From Eledone cirrhosa (lineage: Eukaryota): a DNA stretch of 64,000 bases. How positions within the stretch are numbered: position 1 is the stretch's first letter; each line of letters begins with the position of its first letter. This document shows positions 39,740-53,754 of this stretch, piece after piece. The position numbers were made by a program, and so were the translations under genes. Under the pieces are notes generated by a model. It was not told where the DNA came from and did no database searches. It worked only from the letters and a program-made list of their open reading frames with translations. The stretch covers positions 2,170,001-2,234,000 of the forward strand of contig OZ024760.1 of NCBI GenBank assembly GCA_964016885.1, written 5' to 3'.

Positions 39740-42700
39740 TCTTCACCCACATACTCCTGAGAGGGTTGTGAGGGAAGAGTTCTCAAGCAGCAGGTCCTGT
39801 CTGAGGCAACCGTCTCCAACTGATCCGGTTGGATCCTGAAGCATGACCAGCCAAGCTCATGGATGTTATCCAACCATCTTGCTCAGGGTCTACCTCTGGG
39901 TCTCCTGCTGGTTGGTTTTGCCCATAAAATCTGTCCAGCGATTCTTTCCTGAGACATTCTAACCACATGCCCATAGTATTGGAGCTGTAATCTCTCAATT
40001 CAGAGAAGTAGTGGCTTTACCTGGAGTAACTCTCTGATATCTGAGCTACACATTCTTTCCTGAGACATTCTAACCACATGCCCATAGTATTGGAGCTGTG
40101 ATCTCTCAATTCAGTGAAGTAGTGACTTTACTTAGAGTGACTCTCTGATATCTGAGCTATACATTCTTTCCTGAGACATTCTAACCACATGCCCATAGTA
40201 TTGGAGCTGTAATCTCTCAATTCAGTGAAGTAGTGGCTTTACCTGGAGTGATTCTCTGATATCTGAGCTACACATTCTTTCCTGAGACATTCTAACCACA
40301 TGCCCATAGTATCGGAGCTGTTATCTCTCAATTCAGTGAAGTAGTGGCTTTACCTGGAGTGATTCTCGGATATCTGAGCTACACATTCTTTCCTGAGACA
40401 TTCTAACCACATGCCCATAGTATTGGAGCTGTAATCTCTCAATTCAGAGAAGTAGCAGCTCTACCTGGAGTAACTCTCTGATATCTGAGCTACACATTCT
40501 TTCCTGAGACATTCTAACCACATGCCCATAGTATTGGAGCTGTGATCTCTCAATTCAGAGAAGTAGCAGCTCTACCTGGAGTAACTCTCTGATATATGAG
40601 CTACACATTCTTTCCTGAGACATTCTAACCACATGCCCATAGTATTGGAGCTGTAATCTCTCAATTCAGAGAAGTAGCAGCTCTACCTGGAGTGACTCTC
40701 TGATATATGAGCTACACATTCTTTCCTGAGACATTCTAACCACATGCCCATAGTATTGGAGCTGTTATCTCTCAATTCAGAGAAGTAGCAGCTCTACCTG
40801 GAGTAACTCTCTGATATCTGAGCTACACATTCTTTCCTGAGACATTCTAACCACATGCCCATAGTATTGGAGCTGTGATCTCTCAATTCAGTGAAGTAGT
40901 GGCTCTACCTGGAGTAACTCTCTGATATCTGAGCTACACATTCTTTCCTGAGACATTCTAACCACATGCCCATAGTATTGGAGCTGTGATCTCTCAATTC
41001 AGCGAAGTAGTGGCTCTACCTGGAGTGATTCTCTGATATCTGAGCTACACATTCTTTCCTGAGACATTCTAACCACATGCCCATAGTATCGGAGCTGTTA
41101 TCTCTCAATTCAGTGAAGTAGTGGCTTTACCTGGAGTGATTCTCTGATATCTGAGCTACACATTCTTTCCTGAGACATTCTAACCACATGCCCATAGTAT
41201 TGGAGCTGTAATCTCTCAATTCAGAGAAGTAGCAGCTCTACCTGGAGTAACTCTCTGATATCTGAGCTACACATTCTTTCCTGAGACATTCTAACCACAT
41301 GCCCATAGTATTGGAGCTGTGATCTCTCAATTCAGAGAAGTAGCAGCTCTACCTGGAGTAACTCTCTGATATATGAGCTACACATTCTTTCCTGAGACAT
41401 TCTAACCACATGCCCATAGTATTGGAGCTGTAATCTCTCAATTCAGAGAAGTAGCAGCTCTACCTGGAGTAACTCTCTGATATATGAGCTACACATTCTT
41501 TCCTGAGACATTCTAACCACATGCCCATAGTATTGGAGCTGTGATCTCTCAATTCAGTGAAGTAGTGGCTCTACCTGGAGTAACTCTCTGATATCTGAGC
41601 TACACATTCTTTCCTGAGACATTCTAACCATATGCCCATAGTATTGGAGCTGTTATCTCTCAATTCAGAGAAGTAGCAGCTCTACCTGGAGTAACTCTCT
41701 GATATCTGAGCTACACATTCTTTCCTGAGACATTCTAACCACATGCCCATAGTATTGGAGCTGTTATCTCTCAATTCAGAGAAGTAGCAGCTCTACCTGG
41801 AGTAACTCTCTGATATCTGAGCTACACATTCTTTCCTGAGACATTCTAACCATATGCCCATAGTATTGGAGCTGTTATCTCTCAATTCAGAGAAGTAGCA
41901 GCTCTACCTGGAGTAACTCTCTGATATCTGAGCTACACATTCTTTCCTGAGACATTCTAACCATATGCCCATAGTATTGGAGCTGTTATCTCTCAATTCA
42001 GTGAAGTAGCAGCTCTACCTGGAGTAACTCTCTGATATCTGAGCTACACATTCTTTCCTGAGACATTCTAACCACATGCCCATAGTATTGGAGCTGTGAT
42101 CTCTCAATTCAGTGAAGTAGTGGCTCTACCTGGAGTAACTCTCTGATATCTGAGCTACACATTCTTTCCTGAGACATTCTAACCACATGCCCATAGTATT
42201 GGAGCTGTGATCTCTCAATTCAGTGAAGTAGCGGCTCTACCTGGAGTGACTCTCTGATATCTGAGCTACACATTCTTTCCTGAGACATTCTAACCACATG
42301 CCCATAGTATTGGAGCTGTGATCTCTCAATTCAGTGAAGTAGTGGCTCTACCTGGAGTAACTCTCTGATATCTGAGCTACACATTCTTTCCTGAGACATT
42401 CTAACCACATGCCCATAGTATTGGAGCTGTGATCTCTCAATTCAGTGAAGTAGTGGCTCTACCTGGAGTAACTCTCTGATATCTGAGCTACACATTCTTT
42501 CCTGAGACATTCTAACCACATGCCCATAGTATTGGAGCTGTGATCTCTCAATTCAGTGAAGTAGTGGCTTTACCTGAAGGGATTCTCTGATATCTGAGCT
42601 ACACATTCTTTCCTGAGACATTCTAACCACATGCCCATAGTATTGGAGCTGTAATCTCTCAATTCAGTGAAGTAGTGGCTTTACTTAGAGTGACTCTCTG

Positions 42701-43060
42701 ATATCTGAGCTACACATTCTTCCCTGAGACATTCTAACCACATGCCCATAGTATTGGAGCTGTGATCTCTCAATTCAGCGAAGTAGTGGCTTTACCTGTA
42801 GTAACTCTCTGATCTCCAAGCTACACACTCTATCAAGTAATGTTACTCCAAAGACCCTTCGGAGGAACCCCTTTTCACCACCTTGTATTTGCGATCATAG
42901 GTTTTTGGTCATTACCCAAGATTCATGACCATAGGTAAGGGTTGGCATGAATAACAAATTGAAGATAGTGAGTTTGGCTTTTACACCTACCTCCCTTCTT
43001 CTGATTACTGAATGCTGAAGCTGGTGCATTGCTGCACCAGCTTCTGCAAGTCTTGCACTT
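39740..43060 (-). mobile_element. RTE LINE 3' fragment (same family as 22600-23130) containing a 111-bp tandem expansion
   Basis: The flanks 39780-39950 and 42830-43060 are reverse-complement similar to 22610-23130. Confidence 0.85.
39942..42830. repeat. 111-bp minisatellite, about 26 units
   Basis: cattctttcctgagac recurs at 40051, 40162 and onward. Confidence 0.97.
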
Positions 43061-43084
43061 AATATATATATATATATATATATT

Positions 43085-43387
43085 TATAAAGAAAAAGAGA
43101 TGAAATCGAAAATGCAACTGGAGTCTTATTTTTTTTTAAAATATATATATTTATTTGGTTCCTTTACCGGTTTCGCAGTTCTTCTGCTTTTCAAAAGTAG
43201 AGTTGAGATGGAGGGTCTGTGGTTTTTCTCACATCAGATGTGAGAAAAACCACAGACCCCCCATCTCAACTCTACTTTTGAAAAGCAGAAGAACTGCGAA
43301 ACCGGTAAAGGAACCAAATAAATATATATATTTTAAAAAAAAATAAGACTCCAGTTGCATTTTCGATTTCATCTCTTTTTCTTTATA
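43085..43387. repeat. Fold-back palindrome of about 300 bp; an unfolded single copy is at 62975-63180
   Basis: Centre is ctcacatc-a-gatgtgag. Confidence 0.95.
43275..43310 (+). ncRNA. Variant-core hammerhead-like motif (TTGAAAA); mirror copy at about 43160-43196 and another copy at about 63006-63041
   Basis: ctt-TTGAAAA-gcag aagaa ctgc-GAAA-CCGG-TA-aag. Confidence 0.55.
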
Positions 43388-43601
43388 CTTTCACTCGTGT
43401 AGGATACCTCGGTTATTTTTCAATTTGTAAAAAAAACCTCACTTCCTAATATATATTTATATATATATATATATATAGAGAGATATCATATATATATATA
43501 CACGAGTGTGTGTGTATATAACTATTGGGCCGACAATTATGAAATTTGTAGAAATTTGTAGAAAAAAACAAATTTCTACAAATTTCATACTTGACGATCC
43601 A

Positions 43602-43634
<33 letters not shown>

Positions 43635-43702
43635 TGTATGTATGTATGTATGTATGTATGTGTGTATGTATGTATGTATGTATGTATGTATGTATGTGTG
43701 TA

Positions 43703-43755
<53 letters not shown>

Positions 43756-44349
43756 ATCGAACATGATGTTAATTCTTACTTTTTTGTTAATCTTACTTCA
43801 AGCTAATATATTTTTGAATGAAATATTTGACGAGAGAAGACATGAAAATGATTAAACATTCTGTGTAGACACCGATGATAACCCTGTAAGCAGGTTTTTA
43901 ATTTTAAAGAATTTTTATTATTGTCTAGGGAAAGGCATCTGCTCTTATTACCATCTGAATCAACAGAAATTGGTCTTATTAACAGCAAGGAAGCAAGCTG
44001 GCAGCAAATCACAGTCCTCCATTCTATAGAATAATTCTATAGATCTATGAGAAAATATGATCGATAAAACTCTGAAAAGAACTTAAAACTATGGATAATT
44101 GGAATATTACTAATACAATAATAAAAAATAAAGAGGGAGAGAGAAAATGTTAAATAAAAATAATAATAATAATAATAATAAAAGAGAGAGAGAGAAAATA
44201 ATAAAATGAGAAAGAGAGAGAAAGAAAAATGTCAAAAATAAAAGAGAGAGAGAGAAAATATATATCTAAAAAAATGATCAATTATAGACACCAGTGAGAT
44301 GAAAAGTAGAGAAGGAAAATTGGAAATAATATCAAATGCCTTCTACTTA

Positions 44350-45467
44350 GGTATCTTGAACACTGTTATATAATGTATAATATGTCCTTTACCAAGTATC
44401 TTGAACAATGTTACATAATGTCTTTTACCTAGTATCTTGAACACTGTTATATAATATGTAATATGTCTTTTACCCTAACACTGTTATATAATATGTATTT
44501 TACCCTGACACTGTTATATAATATGTAATATGTCTTTTACCCTAACACTGTTATATAATATGTCCTTTACCCTAACACTGTTATATAATGTCCTTTACCC
44601 TAACACTGTTATATAATATGTCCTTTACCCTAACACTGTTATATAATGTCCTTTACCCTAACACTGTTATATAATATGTCCTTTACCCTAACACTGTTAT
44701 ATAATATGTATTTTACCCTGACACTGTTATATAATATGTAATATGTCTTTTACCCTAACACTGTTATATAATATGTCCTTTACCCTAACACTGTTATATA
44801 ATGTCCTTTACCCTAACACTGTTATATAATATGTCCTTTACCCTAACACTGTTATATAATATGTCCTTTACCCTAACACTGTTATATAATGTCCTTTACC
44901 CTAACACTGTTATATAATATGTCCTTTACCCTAACACTGTTATATATGTATTTTACCCTAGCACTGTTATATAATATGTAATATGTCTTTTACCCTAACA
45001 CTGTTACATAATATGTCCTTTACCCTGACACTGTTATATAATATGTAATATGTATTTTACCCTAACACTGTTATATAATATGTAATATGTATTTTACCCT
45101 AACACTGTTATATAATATGTAATATGTATTTTACCCTAACACTGTTATATAATATGTAATATGTATTTTACCCTAACACTGTTACATAATATGTCCTTTA
45201 CCCTGACACTGTTATATAATATGTAATATGTATTTTACCCTAACACTGTTATATAATATGTAATATGTATTTTACCCTAACACTGTTACATAATATGTCC
45301 TTTACCATAACACTGTTATATAATATGTCCTTTACCCTAGCACTGTTATATAATATGTAATATGTCTTTTGCCCTAACACTGTGACATAATATGTCTTTT
45401 ACCCTAACACTCTTACATAATATGTCCTTTACCCTTACACTGTTACATAATATGTCCTTTACCCTAG
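44350..45467. repeat. Minisatellite of about 28-38 bp (taccctaacactgttatataatatgtcctt)
   Basis: Directly visible, with length variants. Confidence 0.95.
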
Positions 45468-45878
45468 CGTCCGAAACTTTAAGACCCTCTTCCGGCTATT
45501 TCAAGCGTTAACCTAATATATTCCTTCGATATACTGTACCGATTGTGTTGTTATTTCTGTTTACCTTTTACATATATATATATATTAATCGCTTCTAAAC
45601 CCACCTCTCTCTCTCTCTACATATATATATATATATATATGAATAAAGTTAGTCCTTCATCAGTGATCTTCCAACCATCATTGGTATTTCATCGCTTTAA
45701 AGACCATATACCTCAGGTTGGTGCGAACAACGGCTAAAAAAAGTCGTTGGGACACGTAAATAAAGGGGACACGAGTGTAAACAAACAAAAATGGTGAAGC
45801 AACGAAAAGTGAGGAAGAAGGAGTCAAGTCCCAAATTTCGGTGAACGTAAGTTCTGTGAAATCGTAGACGAGAGAGAG

Positions 45879-45918
<40 letters not shown>

Positions 45919-45929
45919 CACACACTACA

Positions 45930-45971
<42 letters not shown>

Positions 45972-46122
45972 TATTATATATATATATTCATTCATTTATT
46001 ATAACTAAAAAGTGAGACTTGTTACTCTGGCATTTCACCTGCTTGTTCACAATGTCGTCTGAACATTTAAACTCTATTTTGGTATTGTGTGCTCTTTTCT
46101 CTCATCTGTCAACCACACACAG

Positions 46123-46198
<76 letters not shown>

Positions 46199-46254
46199 GT
46201 GTGTGTGTGTATATATCATCATCATCATTTTTGTTTAATGTCAATTTTTCTACT

Positions 46255-46608
46255 CATGGAGGCACATGGCTTAGTGGTTAGAGCATTGGCCTTGCAATCG
46301 AAAGGTTGTGAGTTCAATTCTCAGACCGGGTGATGTGTTGTTTCCTTGAGCAAGACACTTTATTTCACATTGCTCCAGTTTACTCAGCTGTAGGAATGAG
46401 ATGATAGGGACTGGGGTCCCTGTCATTCCACTGCAAAGTGGTCGTGGAGGTGCCACGGCAAAAAAAGCACCCAGCACTCACTGTGAATGAGGTTGGTGTT
46501 AGGAAGGGCATCCAACTGTAGAAATCAAGCCAGAATCAGTTCCCGTCTCACCCTTGCAAGCAGGGAAAAAGCGGACGTAAAATGATGATGATGATGATGA
46601 TGATGATG
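46255..46608 (+). mobile_element. SINE family 1 copy
   Basis: Near-identical to 34665-35008. Confidence 0.9.
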
Positions 46609-46941
46609 CATGGGTTAGACAGGTCATCCATGCCGGGAGGCAAGTCTGGTCAGGGTTGGCGATGTGTCACACCATGCCCCAGGGAGGACTGTAAATTTGG
46701 ATGGGTATTTCACAGCTAGATGGCCTTCCTAACACCAACCACGTTTACAGTGTGGATATATATATATAAAAGACCCCCTTCGGTCACGAATGACCATGGG
46801 ATTTGCACCTAGAAAGTTTTCCTCCGAGGCACAAGTCCAGGCAAGGTTGTTTGTGAAGACCAATAGTCGCCCATGCATACCAGTCTCCCCTCTTCACGCC
46901 ACCAATGAGGTCCAAGGGAAAAGCAAATATATATATATATA

Positions 46942-47236
46942 TACAATATGTTGAAAAGGTAACACACCAGAGAGAGATATACAGTTCACTATCAATAAAA
47001 GAGGGAAAAATCCACCAGTGTATGGAATCTATAACCTATGAAAGGCAGACTATAGACACGATAATTAAAAATATAAATTAAAGCGTAATTTATATTTAAT
47101 TTATATTTTTAATTATCGTGTCTATAGTCTGCCTTTCATAGGTTATAGATTCCATAGACTGGTGAATTTTTCCCTGTTTTATTGATAACGCACTGTATCT
47201 CTCTCTCTAGTGTGTTACCTTTTCAACATATTGTAT
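46942..47236. repeat. Fold-back palindrome of about 295 bp
   Basis: tacaatatgttgaaaaggtaacac pairs with gtgttaccttttcaacatattgta. Confidence 0.92.
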
Positions 47237-47668
47237 TTTAAAGAGCTCAGGATATCTTCTCCTTTGAGCACATTATTTACAGGGAATAGCGAAGGCCTAT
47301 GCCTCCATTAATTTATCGTGATATATATATATATAACAATTTAGGAGTCAAATACGTCTGTAAGTATAGATTTAATATTTGATATTTTCTAGATCGATAC
47401 AGGCGGACTATATGTACTTAAATTAATGTATTTCTATCTGGCTAAAAAATTATTGTCAATTTGCAAAAAAAAAACATTAGTGTTGATCATAGTTTTTTAT
47501 TAAATTGTACTATATATATATATATATATATAGGAAAAGAGTCAGGACCCCGAATGCTGAGCTCTGATCGTTTCGACTCTTTTCCTATTACCCACTCTAC
47601 TACACTAAGTATTGAGTACTCTGGTGCGTCATGGTCCATCTGGTATCTTACCACATCCTCTTTGTTAT

Positions 47669-47746
<78 letters not shown>

Positions 47747-48162
47747 ATATTATATATATATTATATATATATATATATAACCCTCTGTCTGATGAGCAAA
47801 CTAGTCGTATGTTAATATTGTCTAGGATCCTGAAACCTTTGGTAATGGAGTAGTTATATATTGTGTTGTTCACTTTCTAACTAAATAACTATATATATAT
47901 ATAGGAAAAGAGTGAGGATCCCGATGGCTGAGCTCCAGCTCTCTCGACAGTTAGATCTGTACGTAATGGTCCACCTGGTATCTTACCATACTTTCTTTGT
48001 TATAACAATATATATATATATTGTTATACTTGGGGAGGGTCATATTGTTATAATATTGCCAGAAATAATAACAGAACACACTCACTGTTTGGTTGGTTTT
48101 CGCTTTTCGCTTCTGTGTCTTTTATATCGGTTAATTTAATTTATTCGGTCCTCAATGTTGCC

Positions 48163-48205
<43 letters not shown>

Positions 48206-48209
48206 ATTA

Positions 48210-48259
<50 letters not shown>

Positions 48260-48266
<7 letters not shown>

Positions 48267-48500
48267 TGTTTCTACTTTAGGCACAAGGCCAGCAATCACC
48301 CAGTGCATTACTGAATAATTGTTTCTACCTTAGGCACAAGGCCAGCAAATACCCAGTGCATTACTGGTACTTTATTTTATCGACCCCGTAAGGATGAAAG
48401 GCAAAGTCAACCTCGGCGGGATTTGAACTCAGATCGTAAAGGGACGTAACTATGCTGGAAAGCATGGCGTCCGACCCTCTACTGATACTGCCAATCCAAT
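48260..48500 (-). mobile_element. SINE family 2 copy with a duplicated 3' end
   Basis: Reverse complement of the family 2 consensus. Confidence 0.85.
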
Positions 48501-49097
48501 GCACCGATTCTTTGCTTAATCTTTAATCTGTTATTTTAATAACATTGAACTAAAACCTGTTGAGAAAGTGGCTTCCTTGTTCAATCATCTTACCAGAAGC
48601 CTGACATTATTTATGTAAGCGGACGGTACTTGATTTAGGAGCCGCAGAAACCCATATACTGGATTTTACCAACATTCCAGGGGTCCGGGTAAATTTTCAA
48701 TACCCTAATTACTTGATCGTTTTTTTTTTAGCTTTGCGAATGATTCTTTAACCATCGTCTCAGTGTGTTTGGCCTTTAACGTTTGTTATAGCTCTGGTTC
48801 ATCTGAATCATTGAGCACTTGCCTCACATCTCGGAGGTTGTTTTTCGTTATTTCGTGGGCCGAAATGCGAATCTCAATAATTTATGTTTATCATCATATC
48901 ATCATCATATATATATATATATATATAACAAAGGAATTGTGGTAAGGAACCACATGGACCATAACGCACCAAAGTACTCAATACTTAGGGTAGTAGAGTG
49001 GGTAATAGGAACAAGTAAGACCCCGACGACAGAGCTCAAGCCGTTCAGAAATAGCCGTCGAAACGGCTTGAGCTCTGCCATAGGGGTCATACTTGTT

Positions 49098-49149
<52 letters not shown>

Positions 49150-49316
49150 AAAGGAGAAAGGAAGTGATGGAGAAAGAAAAGAAATAAACAGATAAATAAA
49201 TAGATAGATAGATTGATTGATTGATATAGAAAAAGATAGATAGAGAGAGGTTGGTGGAGAGAGGAAAGAAAGGGAAGACATCTTTGAATGCTACACTTTC
49301 ACTGTTAGAGTATTAC

Positions 49317-49319
49317 CTT
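49317..49319 (-). CDS. Candidate 3-nt microexon (AAG, adds one Glu)
   Basis: ctttacctttgaatcttcTGCcattactAG|AAG|GTaata, in a phase-1 intron. No transcript evidence. Confidence 0.3.
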
Positions 49320-49477
49320 CTAGTAATGGCAGAAGATTCAAAGGTAAAGCGACTAACATATGCCATAGGTGGTATATGTTATCTTTTCTATGATCTTTTG
49401 CACATATCTTGCGTACAATTATCTACTCTTATTTTATTCCTTTCAACAACAAACAAAACTATACTTTCTACTGCTTT

Positions 49478-50130
49478 TTGTGTTGTGTTGTGTGTGTTCT
49501 GTGTGTCTGTGTGTTGTATGTGTGAGTGTGTGTGTGTGTGTGTTTTGTGTGCTTTGTATGTGTGAATGTTTTGCGTGTCTTTTGTGTGTGTGTGTGTGCG
49601 CGCGCGTGCATTGTGTATGTTTGTGTTTGTGTGTTGTGTGTGTGTGCTTTTTGTGTGTTTTGTGTGTGTGTGTCTGTGTATGTTTTGTGTGTGTGCATTA
49701 TGTGTTGTGTCTGTGTGTCTGTGTTTTAAATGTTATTGGTGTGTGTGTGTGTATGTATGTCTGCTTTATGTGTGTGTGTTTTGTGCATGTGTGTGTTTTG
49801 TTTGTTTGTTATGTGTGTGTTTTGTATGTGTGTGTTGCATGTGTTTTGTGTTTGTGTGTTTTATATGTGCATGTTGCATGTGTGTGCTTTTTGTGTGTGT
49901 GTGTTTTGTGTTGTTGTTGTGTATGTGTGTGTGTGTGTGTGTTTTGTATGTGAGTGAGTGCTTTGTATCTTTTGTGTATGTGTGTGTATCTTTGTTTTTT
50001 ATGTATGTGTGTGTGTTTTGTATATGTGTCTGTTATGTGTTACATCTATATTTTATATGTGTGTGTGTCTGTGTTCTGTATGTGTGTGTGACTGTGTTCT
50101 GTATGTGTGTTGTGTATGTATATTTTTTTT
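49478..50130. repeat. Degenerate (TG)n low-complexity tract
   Basis: Directly visible. Confidence 0.95.
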
Positions 50131-50149
50131 ATCTTCCCAAAGAGTTCTA

Positions 50150-50545
50150 CAAGTTATTTTCTCCATCCTTTTGGCAATCTCCAATATATTGATTATTCTC
50201 AACTGGAAAAAAATCTCTCATTACTCAAAGTTCTCTACAAACAACCTAACAAACAAATTCCTTATTACTAGCATTAGAAAGTACAGGTATGGCTGTCTGG
50301 TTAAGAAGTTCACCAATTCAACCAGTCTTACTATATGGAAGAGAAACATGGACGCTTTCATCCAAACAACAAAAGCACCTTCATGGCACCTACACCCGCC
50401 TGCTTCGATGTATTCAGAAGATAAGCTGGTGACACCTGACTTTGAAAGTAAAATATGCCGGCCTCCTACGCATATCAGTCGTTGTACGTAAAAGGAGAGT
50501 AAGATTTGCTGGCCACTGCCATCGTGCCACCTATGATGTGGTGTC
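50150..50545 (+). mobile_element. Decayed RTE-type LINE fragment
   Basis: Remnant C-terminal motif ERRVRFAGHCHRA; boundaries approximate. Confidence 0.55.
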
Positions 50546-50547
50546 TC

Positions 50548-50858
50548 TACTAATGTACTGAGTACCTTACCTACTGTGGTTACCCCCGATTGACCCCGGG
50601 ACTCACATATATTTATGTCACATATAAATATATGTGAGTCCCGGAGTCAATCGGGGGTAACCATAGTAGAGGTAAGGTACTCAGTACATTAGTAGAGTAT
50701 ATACAACAAAATTTAATATAGAAATGGCTTCTACCAGACTAGAACTGTTTTATTCAAAGGAATGATGATTTCCTTTGAATGAAACAGTTCTACTCCTGTA
50801 TAAGCCATTCTATATCAAATTTTGTTACATATATACATACATACATATATATATATAA

Positions 50859-50926
<68 letters not shown>

Positions 50927-50997
50927 TTATATATATATATATATGTATATATGTAATAAAATTTGATATAGAATGGCTTATACAGGAGTAGAAACAG
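50548..50997. repeat. Chain of three overlapping inverted repeats of one Penelope-like family
   Basis: Axes near 50622, near 50765 and in the (TA)n near 50890. Confidence 0.85.
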
Positions 50998-51201
50998 TAG
51001 AAACAGTTATCTTTCAGTTTATTGTTGTATTTCAGAAGAGGTTTTCCCATGTTATGCACTCAAGCATGAAGGTGGCCCTAATTGAGAATTTTAGACAGTT
51101 TTTCCTCATTCATCCTAACAACAGGACTTAATTGACACTGCATTAAGAAAGCCTCTATATTTTGTATATCACATCTATTGTAAATATATATAAATCTCTC
51201 T

Positions 51202-51433
51202 CTTCCAGTTTACTCAGCTGTAGAAATGAGATGATAGGGACTGGGGTTCCTATCATTCCACTGCAAAGTGGTCGTGGAGGTGCCACGGCAAAAAAGCGCC
51301 CAGCACTCACTGTAAATGAGGTTGGTGTTAGGAAGGGCATCCAGCTGTAGAAATCAAGCCAGAATCAGTTCCTGTCCCACCCTTGCAAGCAGGGAAAAGT
51401 GGACGTAAAATGAAATGATGATGATGATGATGA
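51202..51433 (+). mobile_element. SINE family 1, 5'-truncated
   Basis: Matches the 3' two thirds of family 1. Confidence 0.85.
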
Positions 51434-51691
51434 AAGGCACTCTGCCATAGAAACCAAGCCAGAAACAGTTCTGTTTGAGCAAGATACGGCCATCTGATCT
51501 CACTTGTCTCACAACAGGACCATTTGTCTAACCCATTCTAGCGTTGAAAAATGGACGTTAAATGATGATGATGATGATGAAGATGATATATATATATTTA
51601 CAATAGATATGTATATATAAATCTGTGAAGGCTCGTTGTCTAGTGGTTAGGGTGTTGGACTCACAATCATAATGTCGTAGGTTTGATTCCA

Positions 51692-53754
51692 CGACTGGAT
51701 TATGTGTTGTGTTCAGGACTGGGTCATATGTTGTGTTCAGGACTGGGTCATATGTTGTGTTCAGGACTGGGTCATATGTTGTGTTCAGGACTGGGTTATG
51801 TGTTGTGTTCAGGGCTGGGTCATATGTTGTGTTCAGGACTGGGTCATATGTTGTGTTCAGGACTGGGTCATATGTTGTGTTCAGGACTGGGTTATGTGTT
51901 GTGTTCAGGGCTGGGTCATATGTTGTGTTCAGGACTGGGTCATATGTTGTGTTCAGGACTGGGTCATATGTTGTGTTCAGGACTGGGTTATGTGTTGTGT
52001 TCAGGACTGGGTCATATGTTGTGTTCAGGACTGGGTCATATGTTGTGTTCAGGACTGGGTCATATGTTGTGTTCAGGACTGGGTCATATGTTGTGTTCAG
52101 GACTGGGTTATGTGTTGTGTTCAGGGCTGGGTCATATGTTGTGTTCAGGACTGGGTCATATGTTGTGTTCAGGACTGGGTCATATGTTGTGTTCAGGACT
52201 GGGTTATGTGTTGTGTTCAGGACTAGGTTATGTGTTGTGTTCAGGACTGGGTCATATGTTGTGTTCAGGACTGGGTCATGTGTTGTGTTCAGGACTGGGT
52301 CATGTGTTGTGTTCAGGACTGGGTCATGTGTTGTGTTCAGAACTGGGGCATGTGTTGTGTTCAGGACTGGGTCATATGTTGTGTTCAGGACTGGGTTATA
52401 TGTTGTGTTCAGGACTGGGTCATATGTTGTGTTCAGGACTGGGTTATGTGTTGTGTTCAGAACTGGGTCATGTGTTGTGTTCAGGACTGGGTTATGTGTT
52501 GTGTTCAGAACTGGGGCATGTGTTGTGTTCAGGACTGGGTCATATGTTGTGTTCAGGACTGGGTTATGTGTTGTGTTCAGGACTGGGTCATATGTTGTGT
52601 TCAGGACTGGGTTATGTGTTGTGTTCAGGACTGGGTCATGTGTTGTGTTCATGACTGGGTTATGTGTTGTGTTCAGGACTGGGTCATGTGTTGTGTTCAG
52701 GACTGGGTTATGTGTTGTGTTCAGGACTGGGTTATGTGTTGTGTTCAGGACTGGGTTATGTGTTGTGTTCAGGACTGGGTCATGTGTTGTGTTCAGGACT
52801 GGGTCATATGTTGTGTTCAGGACTGGGTTATGTGTTGTGTTCAGGACTGGGTCATGTGTTGTGTTCAGGACTGGGTTATGTGTTGTGTTCAGGACTGGGT
52901 CATGTGTTGTGTTCAGGACTGGGTCATGTGTTGTGTTCAGGACTGGGTCATATGTTGTGTTCAGGACTGGGTCATATGTTGTGTTTAGGACTGGGTCATA
53001 TGTTGTGTTCAGGACTGGGTTATGTGTTGTGTTCAGGACTGGGTCATGTGTTGTGTTCAGGACTGGGTCATATGTTGTGTTCAGGACTGGGTCATGTGTT
53101 GTGTTCAGGACTGGGTCATATGTTGTGTTCAGGACTGGGTCATATGTTGTGTTTAGGACTGGGTCATATGTTGTGTTCAGGACTGGGTTATGTGTTGTGT
53201 TCAGGACTGGGTCATGTGTTGTGTTCAGGACTGGGTCATATGTTGTGTTCAGGACTGGGTCATATGTTGTGTTTAGGACTGGGTCATATGTTGTGTTCAG
53301 GACTGGGTTATGTGTTGTGTTCAGGACTGGGTTATGTGTTGTGGTCAGAACTGGGTTATGTGTTGTGTTCAGGACTGGGTCATATGTTGTGTTAAGGACT
53401 GGGTCATGTGTTGTGTTCAGGACTGGGTCATATGTTGTGTTCAGGACTGGGTTATGTGTTGTGTTCAGGACTGGGTTATGTGTTGTGTTCAGGACTGGGT
53501 CATGTGTTGTGTTCAGGACTGGGTCATATGTTGTGTTCAGGACTGGGTCATATGTTGTGTTTAGGACTGGGTCATATGTTGTGTTCAGGACTGGGTTATG
53601 TGTTGTGTTCAGGACTGGGTTATGTGTTGTGGTCAGAACTGGGTTATGTGTTGTGTTCAGGACTGGGTCATATGTTGTGTTAAGGACTGGGTTATGTGTT
53701 GTGTTCAGGACTGGGTTATGTGTTGTGTTCAGGACTGGGTCATGTGTTGTGTTC
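51692..53754. repeat. 24-bp minisatellite, about 85 units, inside a SINE head
   Basis: Unit aggactgggt(c/t)at(a/g)tgttgtgttc. Confidence 0.98.

Noticed and set aside
39942-42830. Regular arrays as CRISPR
   Set aside because: The units are contiguous with no unique spacers, there are no cas genes, and the context is eukaryotic.
43797-43883. 87-nt AG/GT-bounded segment as an extra otoferlin exon
   Set aside because: It has an in-frame TAA in the required phase, a weak pyrimidine tract and no ferlin similarity; a poison exon cannot be excluded.
47785-47812. CTGATGAGC-AAACTAGTC as a hammerhead
   Set aside because: Stem II and the G of GAAA are missing; at most a decayed remnant.
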